A stretch of DNA of 57,165 nt from Oscillospiraceae bacterium (GCA_963619285.1 CAVEWG010000007.1:1-57165); one strand, 5' to 3'; shown: positions 1 to 8,366, counted from the first letter of the stretch. Numbers and translations: made by a program. The notes: generated from the letters alone by a model not told the origin.

Positions 1-363
1 CATCTCTTTATTTATCTTTCTTTTAGGATCAGATATAGATATAGCAGTTAAAACATTATCATAAGCATTTAAATAGTTTAATAGATTATAGTTTTGAAAT
101 ATGATTTGAACATCTTTCTTATGATAGTTATCATAGCCTATATCTTTTATATTATTACCTTTAAAAAGAATACTACCTTTCTTTGGTTCATCTAGTCCTG
201 CTAGTAGTATTAATAGAGTAGTCTTACCTGATCCTGATTCTCCTACTATTGAATAAAACTTTGATTCTTTAAAAGAATAGTTAACATTATTAAAGATAGT
301 TCTCGTATTTTGACCATCTTGATAATAATAATCAAGATCTTTTACTTCTAGTATTTCATTCAT
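1..363 (-). CDS. ABC transporter ATP-binding protein (5' part only; gene runs off the left edge)
   Basis: Own translation of the minus strand from ATG 363-361: MNEILEVKDLDYYYQDGQNTRTIFNNVNYSFKESKFYSIVGESGSGKTTLLILLAGLDEPKKGSILFKGNN...QIIFQNYNLL. Walker A GESGSGKTT and a Q-loop are present. The start overlaps the permease stop by 8 nt (ATGAATGA). Confidence 0.9.
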   Translation of the reverse strand, partial: MNEILEVKDLDYYYQDGQNTRTIFNNVNYSFKESKFYSIVGESGSGKTTLLILLAGLDEPKKGSILFKGNNIKDIGYDNYHKKDVQIIFQNYNLLNYLNAYDNVLTAISISDPKRKINKEM

Positions 364-1876
364 CTATCATGACCTCTCTTACTTTTAATGTGAATATCGA
401 TAATACACTGATGATTGTGCTTATGATTATTACTATTATTTCAATACCAGCAATCTTTAATAGTTGTGAATTATCAATGTTTATCTGTAGATTATTGATA
501 GCTTTTATACTATCTGTATAATCTAGAGTTTTGTTTTCTACTGTGAAATTATTTATTGAATCAATGTTTTCAAATAGTGTGACTAGATGCTTGCTAAGAA
601 GGGAGGAAACAACTATAGCAAGTACTAGCGCAATTAATGATACTAATATATATTGTATAGTTAGTTCTATCATTAACGATGTTTTACTTTGGCCTAAGGA
701 GGATAGTAGGCCAATTTCTTTCTTTCTTCTATTTAAGTCTAAGTTAATTATTAAGATATAAAGAATAATTGTTGCCACTAGTGCGAACTTAAACAAGAAA
801 TTAGTATTATTAGATATGGCTTCTATGTTGCCTGCAAAACTATAATATGAATCAAGTGATGTTTCATATTTTATATTCTTACCATCCATTGTGTTTAACT
901 CTTGCATATAGTTGATAAATTCTTCGATATCTTCGAAGTCCGAAAGGGTTGCGATACATGGCATAAATAGATAATAGGTATTACTGTAATCAACTTTTTT
1001 AGCTTGATCATACATTTCCATGAATAGCTTTTCAGGGATGATGGCGCCATCTTCAGCAAAATGATTGCTGTTTGGAGTGAAGTAAATTCTATCATTTAAA
1101 ATACCGATTACTTCTAAATCGTATGTTTTGTATATTTCTATATCTCCATCGCTAGGCAACATAATTGAATAAGATATATAATCACCAACATCTACTTTTT
1201 TAATTTGGCCATCAACGTATTGATAAGTTTTTGGTGTAACAACACACACTAGGCTGCCTCTTTCTATTTCGTCATCGCTAAACGTTCTTCCTTTTTGAAT
1301 TTTTGTGTAATTTATTATCGTTTCCTCTCCATCTTTGTATGTATGATAATTATATTTATAGTGAATAATTGAAAAATCGCTATTTTGGCAACTAAATAAT
1401 TTAAAGGGAGAAAAATACGGAGCATTATCGTTTTTATACTCATCGAACGTAGATATTTGTTCTATGTCATTAAAATCGCCTGTTCTATTAGCTTGTTTTA
1501 CTTCTTCATAATTACCGTAAAATGCAAGACCATATACTTCACCATAGGCCTTTATAGGAGTGATATTAGGAAAACTCAAATTTATATCCATATACTTTGG
1601 ATTAAACTTATTTTTTACATCTGTTAAATCGGCATAATATTCTTCTGAAACTGCTTGTACAGTGCTTTTATCATTTTGAAGACTTCCAAAAGTAACGTTA
1701 CTGCTTAAGGATACGAGCGATTTTACACTTTTTGTTAAACTACTTTTTACCTCATTACCGACATTTTTAAAAAAATAGCTAGAACATAATAAGCAGGAAA
1801 TAACAAACATCACCACTAGAAGTAGTGATGTTTGTCTAAGCCTATTAATGATTGATTTATAAATGCGACTAATCAT
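356..1876 (-). CDS. MacB/FtsX-type ABC transporter permease
   Basis: 506-aa ORF with an N-terminal TM helix, a ~320-aa extracytoplasmic domain and three C-terminal TM helices. FtsX-like motif RRKKEIGLLSSLGQSKTSL. ATGA overlap with the upstream ORF and overlap with the downstream ATPase. Confidence 0.85.
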   Translation of the reverse strand: MISRIYKSIINRLRQTSLLLVVMFVISCLLCSSYFFKNVGNEVKSSLTKSVKSLVSLSSNVTFGSLQNDKSTVQAVSEEYYADLTDVKNKFNPKYMDINLSFPNITPIKAYGEVYGLAFYGNYEEVKQANRTGDFNDIEQISTFDEYKNDNAPYFSPFKLFSCQNSDFSIIHYKYNYHTYKDGEETIINYTKIQKGRTFSDDEIERGSLVCVVTPKTYQYVDGQIKKVDVGDYISYSIMLPSDGDIEIYKTYDLEVIGILNDRIYFTPNSNHFAEDGAIIPEKLFMEMYDQAKKVDYSNTYYLFMPCIATLSDFEDIEEFINYMQELNTMDGKNIKYETSLDSYYSFAGNIEAISNNTNFLFKFALVATIILYILIINLDLNRRKKEIGLLSSLGQSKTSLMIELTIQYILVSLIALVLAIVVSSLLSKHLVTLFENIDSINNFTVENKTLDYTDSIKAINNLQINIDNSQLLKIAGIEIIVIIISTIISVLSIFTLKVREVMIDE

Positions 1877-2328
1877 GGTAAATAAAATGTATGCTGATGA
1901 GTTATGTATTTTGCTGATCCGTTTATTGTTTCTTTTACTCTTGATGAGACAACAATCTTTACAGAGTTTCCGGATTTAGACGTGTAATAAGTAGTGTTAA
2001 CAACGGTGACGCTATAAGTTCCATCTTGAGGACCGGAATTGTCATTTACACCAGTTGTACAACTTGATACACTAACATTAGATGCGAATGCAGATCCAGA
2101 ACTATCAACTCCGTGATAATATGTACCCGAAACTCTAAATTGTACTTGATAGCTATATGTTCCATCAGTATATGTTGTATAGTCTGCTGCGTATTTACTG
2201 AACGGTTTTGTAATACCTGCTGGCATTATAGGATAATTGTCTTCATCAGCGAATGAACTAGCACATGGTGCAACAAAAGAAATCGTCAACACTATCAAAC
2301 ATGTGCATATTGACTTGAAAAGTTTCAT
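1873..2328 (-). CDS. Small Sec-secreted beta-rich protein of unknown function (candidate secreted effector or bacteriocin-like protein)
   Basis: 151-aa ORF with signal peptide MKLFKSICTCLIVLTISFVAPCASSFA|DED. The mature part is rich in T/S/Y/V/G. SD GGAGG (complement of 2336-2340). First gene of an operon with the permease and ATPase. Confidence 0.7.
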   Translation of the reverse strand: MKLFKSICTCLIVLTISFVAPCASSFADEDNYPIMPAGITKPFSKYAADYTTYTDGTYSYQVQFRVSGTYYHGVDSSGSAFASNVSVSSCTTGVNDNSGPQDGTYSVTVVNTTYYTSKSGNSVKIVVSSRVKETINGSAKYITHQHTFYLP

Positions 2329-2421
2329 AACTTAACCTCCTTGAAACTTAATAGTTTATGTTGCAACACTTACTATTTATGTCTTAATTATAACGTTTAG
2401 CTTAATTCTTGCCTATTGACA

Positions 2422-2447
2422 AAAAGTTTATAAGGTATTAACTTTTT
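2422..2447. promoter_or_regulatory. Imperfect 26-bp palindromic box between the LysR gene and the secreted-protein operon (copy A)
   Basis: Plus strand reads AAAAGTTTATAAGGTATTAACTTTTT. By manual alignment it is 23/26 identical to the perfect palindrome at 37709-37733. Outer complementary arms are CCTAT 2412-2416 and ATAGG 2452-2456. It abuts a TTGACA hexamer (2416-2421) facing the LysR gene. Confidence 0.55.
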
Positions 2448-2468
2448 GTTCATAGGTGGGATAACAAT

Positions 2469-3365
2469 ATGAAATATGAAGATTTAGGTATTTTGTTAAC
2501 TTTAGATGAGTGTGAAAGTATCAATAAAGCCGCTAATAAACTTTTTATGTCACCAACTGGGCTAAGTAAAAAAATTAGTTCATTAGAAAAAGAACTAGGG
2601 ACATCATTGTTTAAACGTACGGCAACAGGGTGTGAACTAACAGATAATGGAAAAATAGTTTTAGAGTATACAAAAAAGATTAACGATTTAATCGATGAAT
2701 GTAAAGATAAAATAAAATCAAACGACACTTTAAAAGTAAGAGTAGGCTTTTCTTTTTTATATGATAGAGAGTTCTTTAAAATAATATTAGCAGCTAATAG
2801 ATTTATTGATAAACAATATATTTTTGAACCTGTTTCAATGGATAATGTTTTCTATGAAAAATCTGTCGAAAATCTTTTTTCATGCATAGGGAACTCGATT
2901 GATATGTTATTAGACATAGAAGGAAATAGAAATAATAAAGAGTATATTTCATTGCCTATTGCCGAAAATAGAATATGTCTTCTTGTTCCGAGAGGACACA
3001 AACTATATAAAAAAAGAAGCATTAAAATTGAAGATTTGGCAGATTTAAAAATTCTTAAATTTGCAGACGGTTTTTATGAGTCTGCTGATAAGACTGTAAA
3101 ACACATAAAAGATAATTGCAAAAATGTTGTTTTTGAAGATTTGACGGACTATTTTGATAGCGTTGGCACTTATTGTGTAAATAATAATTTGGTATTTTTA
3201 TGTATAGATTCTTATAGATCAGTAGAGCCAAATGAGAGACTAATACCTTTAGATTTTAGTGATCCTATTCCGTTTTGTATGATATATAGAAAAGACAGTC
3301 CCAAAGAATTGGTTGATATTATTAAAAGTATATATAAAATAATCAAGAGAAGAAGACGTCGTTAG
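2469..3365 (+). CDS. LysR-family transcriptional regulator
   Basis: 298 aa. N-terminal winged HTH typical of LysR (LTLDECESINKAANKLFMSPTGLSKKISSLEKELGTSLFKRT) plus a ~200-aa co-inducer-type domain. Divergent from the 2328 operon. Confidence 0.85.
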   Translation: MKYEDLGILLTLDECESINKAANKLFMSPTGLSKKISSLEKELGTSLFKRTATGCELTDNGKIVLEYTKKINDLIDECKDKIKSNDTLKVRVGFSFLYDREFFKIILAANRFIDKQYIFEPVSMDNVFYEKSVENLFSCIGNSIDMLLDIEGNRNNKEYISLPIAENRICLLVPRGHKLYKKRSIKIEDLADLKILKFADGFYESADKTVKHIKDNCKNVVFEDLTDYFDSVGTYCVNNNLVFLCIDSYRSVEPNERLIPLDFSDPIPFCMIYRKDSPKELVDIIKSIYKIIKRRRRR

Positions 3366-3434
3366 CAGGTAAAAAGCACTTCCTTCTTTACAAGAATGTT
3401 AAAATAAATAAGGTTAGAAAGAAGGAATTTATTT

Positions 3435-4436
3435 GTGATAAATGTTTATATTATTTCAGGATTTTTAGGTGCTGGCAAGACTACTTTCATCAAGAAATTA
3501 TTAAGTGAAAAGAAGTTTAAAAAAGTAATGCTTCTTGAAAATGAATTTGGTGAAGTTGGAGTAGATGGCGCTTTTTTTGATTCAGCATTAAATGTAAAAG
3601 AAATCAATAATGGTTGTATTTGTTGTTCTTTAAAAGGCGACTTCAAGTCAGCTCTAGAAGAAATTGAAGACATGGACGTAACTGACTTACTTATCGAACC
3701 ATCAGGTGTAGGTAAACTATCAGATATCTTAAATGTTGTAAAAGAAGATGAAGACTTTAGAGTTGTTTCTCATATTTGTATCGTCGATGTTAAGACATGT
3801 AAGAAGTATCATAAGAACTTCAAAGATTACTTTGATGATCAAGTAAAAGCAGCGAACGCAATTGTTTTATCACATGTTGATGTTGCTGGAGATAAGATTG
3901 AAGAAGCTAAGGAAATTGTTAAAGAAATTAATAATGATGTAACTATTATTGATAAAGCTATTGAATTCTATACAATTGATGAATTAATGGATTTAATTGT
4001 AGCTGGAGCAGATATGGGGTTCGAATCTGAAGAGGAAGAAGATGAACATTGCTGTTGCTGCTGTTGTAGTGGGGAAGGCCATGAACATCATCACCACCAT
4101 CATGACCACGATCATGAAGAAGAGGAGTTTGAATCTGATGAGGAGCATAAACATCACCACCACCATCATGATGATGAAGATGAATTGTTCAAGAATCAAA
4201 TTGTAAGAACTGATTATGTATTTACTAAGGAAGAACTTGAACAGATATTAAGTAATGTAGATGAAGATATTATTCGTATTAAGGGATATGTTAATACAAA
4301 AGAGGGTACTATGTATCTAAATTATGTATTGAATGAATATCATTTATATTTAGGCGAGAAAAGAGATAACGCTATAGTTTCAATTATTGGAACAAGTATT
4401 GATAAGAATAAGTATAAAGAGGCTTTCCATGGATAG
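3435..4436 (+). CDS. COG0523/CobW-family metallochaperone GTPase with a Cys6/His-rich insert
   Basis: GTG start with SD GAAGGAA upstream. P-loop GFLGAGKTT, CxCC metal motif GCICCSLKGD, then HCCCCCCSGEGHEHHHHHHDHDHEEEEFESDEEHKHHHHHHDDEDE and a CobW_C-like tail. Confidence 0.85.
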   Translation: MINVYIISGFLGAGKTTFIKKLLSEKKFKKVMLLENEFGEVGVDGAFFDSALNVKEINNGCICCSLKGDFKSALEEIEDMDVTDLLIEPSGVGKLSDILNVVKEDEDFRVVSHICIVDVKTCKKYHKNFKDYFDDQVKAANAIVLSHVDVAGDKIEEAKEIVKEINNDVTIIDKAIEFYTIDELMDLIVAGADMGFESEEEEDEHCCCCCCSGEGHEHHHHHHDHDHEEEEFESDEEHKHHHHHHDDEDELFKNQIVRTDYVFTKEELEQILSNVDEDIIRIKGYVNTKEGTMYLNYVLNEYHLYLGEKRDNAIVSIIGTSIDKNKYKEAFHG

Positions 4437-5337
4437 ACCAATCTATGTTGTTTCAGGGTTTATAGATTCAGGAAAGACTACTGCTATTAAAAGAACTTTA
4501 TTAGATCCTCGTTTTACTGAAAAAGAGACTACTTTAATCATTTCTTTTGAAGAAGGCGATGAAGAATATGATAAGGAATTCTTAAGTCAAACTCATAGTA
4601 GTGTAGTTTACATGGACTTTAAGGATTTTGATGCAAATAAGTTATTAGAACTAGATGACATCTATAATCCAGATCGTTTCTTTATTGAGTTTAATGGCAT
4701 GGATGATGATTCTGCCTTAATGAATATGGATTTACCTTTAGGTATGGAATATGCTCAACTTATTTGTACAATTGATGCATCTAAGTTTAAGTTGCAAGTA
4801 GGCAATATGCCTCAGTTCATGTTTAATCATGTAAATGCGTGTGAGATTATTGTCTTAAATAGATATGAAGGAGCTGACTTTAGATATCTTAGAAACAATA
4901 TCAAGAGCATGAATCAATATTGCGCTATTGGTCTAGAAGATAAAGATGGCAATATGTATGAAATGCCAAAAGATGATTTGTTTGATAAAAACAATCTAGA
5001 TATCAATGATACAGATTATGGATTGTTCTATATGGACGCTATTGATAATTATCAAAAATATAATGGTGCGCCTATTAAATTTAATGGCTTTTATCTAGAA
5101 GGCGATAAAGAAACTAAAGTAATAGGTAGATACGCTATGGTATGTTGCGCTAATGATACTCAAAGACTTGGTATGATGGTTAAGGGTTTAAAACAAGACT
5201 TAGAAGTTAATCATTATTATCATATAGAAGGTATCTTTAGAGTAAAGAATGAAAGAGGTGGCATTAGAATCTATATCGAAGGTAAGAATGCTGCTGAAAT
5301 AGAGAAACCGAAAGAGGAGTTTGTAAACTTTAACTAA
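4429..5337 (+). CDS. P-loop (CobW-like, no CxCC motif) protein fused to a DUF1980/YcgQ-like C-terminal domain
   Basis: I take ATG 4429, which overlaps the upstream stop TAG 4434-4436. N-terminus MDRPIYVVSGFIDSGKTTAIKR. The C-terminus GRYAMVCCANDTQRLGMMVKG...HIEGIFRV...EIEKPKEEFV resembles the CC-A-x-D motif region of DUF1980 (from memory of the family). Confidence 0.65.
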   Translation: MDRPIYVVSGFIDSGKTTAIKRTLLDPRFTEKETTLIISFEEGDEEYDKEFLSQTHSSVVYMDFKDFDANKLLELDDIYNPDRFFIEFNGMDDDSALMNMDLPLGMEYAQLICTIDASKFKLQVGNMPQFMFNHVNACEIIVLNRYEGADFRYLRNNIKSMNQYCAIGLEDKDGNMYEMPKDDLFDKNNLDINDTDYGLFYMDAIDNYQKYNGAPIKFNGFYLEGDKETKVIGRYAMVCCANDTQRLGMMVKGLKQDLEVNHYYHIEGIFRVKNERGGIRIYIEGKNAAEIEKPKEEFVNFN

Positions 5338-6461
5338 TGTCACTGTGGGGATTATTTTTAGAAGGACTATTATCTTTCTTGTCGCCATGTGTATTGCCAA
5401 TGGTTCCTTTATATATGTCTTATTTGGCAACAAATAAGAATAATAAAAAGATAGTTGTATTCTTGAATTCATTATTCTTTGTCTTGGGCTTAAGTGTTAT
5501 ATTTCTAATACTTGCCTTGGCTATAGATACAATAAAACCATTAATAGATGAATATTCTACTATTATTACTTTAATAAGTGGAATTATTATTATCTTATTT
5601 GGCTTACATGAAACAGGACTTATCACCATATCTGTAAACATAAGACAAAAAGATATTAGCATGGACACCACTAACATGAACTTTATTAAAGCTTTCTTGT
5701 TAGGATTCTTGTTTTCACTTGTAATATCACCATGCATTGGACCAATGTTATCAAGCGCGATACTACTTGCAGCATCTAGTAAAGTAGGTGGACTATATAT
5801 ACTTGTATATGCGCTTGGCTTACTTATTCCATTTTTTATAACAGGCTTATTTACAACATCTATTGTTTCGTTTCTTAAGAATAAAAAGAATGTCTTAAAA
5901 TATGTAGGAATTGTAGCAGGCATTATCCTTATTGTCTATGGTGGGTATATGACTGCTAATAGTTCAAAAGAGATTTTGAGCCTTAAGAATAGTACCGCAG
6001 CACCTACAAATGAAGAAGAAAGTAGTCAAACTGCTTCAAATTATTTACCAGGAAATGATTTTTATGATCAAAATGGCAATATAATTCATTTAAATGATTA
6101 TAAAGGTCAATATGTAATAATGAATTTCATTGCGACATGGTGTACTTATTGTATAAATGAGATACCAGAATATTTAGAATTTGCTAAAGCTCATGATGAT
6201 ATTAAATGTTTCTACGTAATGTCACCAAGTAGTAGTAGTGTAAGTAAAGAAGAAATAATTTCCTTTATTGAAGAAAAGGGTATAGATATAGAAGTAATAA
6301 TAGATGAAGATGATGTGCTCTATAATCTATGTAATCCAAGTGCTTTTCCAACCATGTTTGTGGCAAGTAAGGAAGCTGAGATACTTGGGTATGTATCTGG
6401 CGCCTACGATTTAGAAGGATTTAATTCAATACTTGATACTGTAAAAGAACAATATGATTAA
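5337..6461 (+). CDS. CcdA/DsbD-type thiol-disulfide transmembrane domain fused to an extracytoplasmic thioredoxin-like (TlpA/ResA-type) domain
   Basis: 374 aa. Membrane Cys motifs LSPCVLPMVP and SPCIGPML in a 6-TM region. C-terminal WCTYC thioredoxin motif. The ATG overlaps the upstream TAA by 1 nt. Confidence 0.8.
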   Translation: MSLWGLFLEGLLSFLSPCVLPMVPLYMSYLATNKNNKKIVVFLNSLFFVLGLSVIFLILALAIDTIKPLIDEYSTIITLISGIIIILFGLHETGLITISVNIRQKDISMDTTNMNFIKAFLLGFLFSLVISPCIGPMLSSAILLAASSKVGGLYILVYALGLLIPFFITGLFTTSIVSFLKNKKNVLKYVGIVAGIILIVYGGYMTANSSKEILSLKNSTAAPTNEEESSQTASNYLPGNDFYDQNGNIIHLNDYKGQYVIMNFIATWCTYCINEIPEYLEFAKAHDDIKCFYVMSPSSSSVSKEEIISFIEEKGIDIEVIIDEDDVLYNLCNPSAFPTMFVASKEAEILGYVSGAYDLEGFNSILDTVKEQYD

Positions 6462-6488
6462 TGAAAAGGAAGAGCTATACTCTTCCTT

Positions 6489-6995
6489 TTAACTAGTGAA
6501 TGTAACTGTTTTTAAAGATTCTTTGACCCAATCTTTATTTTGCGACATAGAATCATAATTGCCGTAAACAAATACACAATAATAAGTGGTGTCATTAAGA
6601 TATAATCCATCAATATTATAATATTTATTATCATTAGACGACGAAGACCTTAGCTTTTTGTTCACAATAACTGTAGCATTATCTTTATTAACTAAGACCT
6701 CAGATTCTTCTTCATTATTCATGTCGGCAATAAACTTTCCCGCCATATCTTTAAATTCAGGCACATCTGTTGAGTATTTGATTTGTTGCGCAACAAGATA
6801 TAACCCATTATCTTCATCTATAAACAAGTAATTTTCATTAGAACTATAATCTTCTATAAAATTAGTGGTTTCATCAACTTTTAGTGTTAAGTCAAAGGCA
6901 CTTATTTCTTTATTCAAATTATAATTGCTGCTTTTACAAGCGGTCCCTAATATAAGTAACAGAATAATGGATAAGATAGAAAAGGTCTTTTTCAT
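6489..6995 (-). CDS. Hypothetical lipoprotein
   Basis: 168 aa. Lipobox LILGTAC|KSS after a hydrophobic signal. SD GGAGG upstream (complement of 7006-7010). Confidence 0.7.
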   Translation of the reverse strand: MKKTFSILSIILLLILGTACKSSNYNLNKEISAFDLTLKVDETTNFIEDYSSNENYLFIDEDNGLYLVAQQIKYSTDVPEFKDMAGKFIADMNNEEESEVLVNKDNATVIVNKKLRSSSSNDNKYYNIDGLYLNDTTYYCVFVYGNYDSMSQNKDWVKESLKTVTFTS

Positions 6996-7055
6996 ATTTG
7001 TGTCCTCCTTATTTAACGATTTACTATCTTCTTTTATACATTCATAATATCAAAT

Positions 7056-7083
7056 AAAAAAAGAACTACCCATTGGATAGTTC
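7056..7083 (-). terminator. Rho-independent terminator after tuf
   Basis: Hairpin 7063-7083 (GAACTAC...ATAGTTC, with one G-U pair on the minus strand). On the minus strand it is followed by a U run (A7 at 7056-7062 on plus). Confidence 0.7.
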
Positions 7084-7111
7084 TCTATATAATTATTTAA
7101 TCAATTAGTAA

Positions 7112-8311
7112 TTACTTAATGATTTCAGTAACGTTACCAGAACCTACAGTTCTACCGCCTTCTCTAATAGAGAATTTAGTACCATTTTCAAGAGCGATAG
7201 GAGCGATTAGTTCAACAGTCATTAATACGTTATCACCAGGCATAACCATTTCCATAGCGCCACCGTTGTTATCTTTGATTTCTTCAACAACACCAGTAAC
7301 ATCTGTAGTACGGAAATAGAATTGAGGACGGTAGTTTACTACGAATGGAGTATGACGACCACCTTCTTCTTTAGTTAATACGTAAACTTGAGCCTTGAAG
7401 TTTGTATGAGGAGTAACTGAACCAGGTTTAGCAAGTACTTGTCCTCTTTCGATTTCATCACGGTTAACACCACGAAGTAATGCACCGATGTTATCGCCAG
7501 CTTCAGCTTCATCAAGTTGCTTTCTGAACATTTCAAGACCAGTAATAACTGTCTTTCTTGTTGGCTTAATACCTACGATTTCAACTTCATCATTTAGATG
7601 AGCAACACCACGTTCTACTCTACCTGTAGCAACAGTACCACGACCAGTGATAGTGAATACATCCTCTACAGACATTAAGAATGGCTTATCAGTTTCTCTT
7701 TGTGGAGATGGGATGTATGCATCAACAGCATCCATTAATTCATCAATCTTTTCTTCATAAGCTGCATCGCCTTCAAGAGCCTTAAGAGCAGAACCTCTGA
7801 TGATTGGAGCGTTATCGCCATCGAAACCATATTCAGATAATAATTCTCTTACTTCCATTTCAACTAAGTCGATTAATTCTGGATCATCAACCATATCGCA
7901 CTTGTTTAGGAATACTACGATGTAAGGTACACCAACTTGTCTAGCAAGTAAGATGTGTTCTCTTGTTTGAGGCATTGGTCCATCAGTTGCAGCAACAACT
8001 AGGATAGCACCATCCATTTGAGCAGCACCAGTAATCATGTTCTTTACATAGTCGGCATGTCCTGGGCAGTCAACGTGAGCATAGTGTCTCTTTGCAGTCT
8101 TATATTCAACGTGTGCAGTATTAATAGTGATACCTCTAGCTTTTTCTTCTGGAGCACCATCAATTTGATCATAAGCTTTAAATTCAGCTTGGCCTTTTTC
8201 TGCTAATCTCTTAGTGATAGCAGCAGTTAAAGTAGTTTTACCATGGTCAACGTGACCGATAGTACCAATATTGACATGTTCTAATGAACGGTCAAATTTT
8301 TCTTTTGCCAT
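7112..8311 (-). CDS. tuf: Elongation factor Tu
   Basis: 399 aa, [33 protein letters not shown]...[21 protein letters not shown]. Unmistakable EF-Tu. Confidence 0.99.
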   Translation of the reverse strand: MAKEKFDRSLEHVNIGTIGHVDHGKTTLTAAITKRLAEKGQAEFKAYDQIDGAPEEKARGITINTAHVEYKTAKRHYAHVDCPGHADYVKNMITGAAQMDGAILVVAATDGPMPQTREHILLARQVGVPYIVVFLNKCDMVDDPELIDLVEMEVRELLSEYGFDGDNAPIIRGSALKALEGDAAYEEKIDELMDAVDAYIPSPQRETDKPFLMSVEDVFTITGRGTVATGRVERGVAHLNDEVEIVGIKPTRKTVITGLEMFRKQLDEAEAGDNIGALLRGVNRDEIERGQVLAKPGSVTPHTNFKAQVYVLTKEEGGRHTPFVVNYRPQFYFRTTDVTGVVEEIKDNNGGAMEMVMPGDNVLMTVELIAPIALENGTKFSIREGGRTVGSGNVTEIIK

Positions 8312-8366
8312 TTGTTTTCCTCCTGTTTAGCAAATTAATTTTAAGATAAATCGCACTAATATTCAA

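Noticed and set aside
3993-4199. 68-aa hydrophobic ORF (MMVVVMFM...) opposite the His/Cys-rich insert
   Set aside because: It is the reverse-complement artefact of CAT/CAC/GAA repeats (ATG/GTG/TTC). The sense strand belongs to the COG0523 gene.
5420-5923. 167-aa ORF antisense to the CcdA-thioredoxin gene
   Set aside because: It lies entirely inside a well-supported CDS on the other strand. Its composition mirrors the TM-rich sense frame, so it is a typical shadow ORF in AT-rich DNA.
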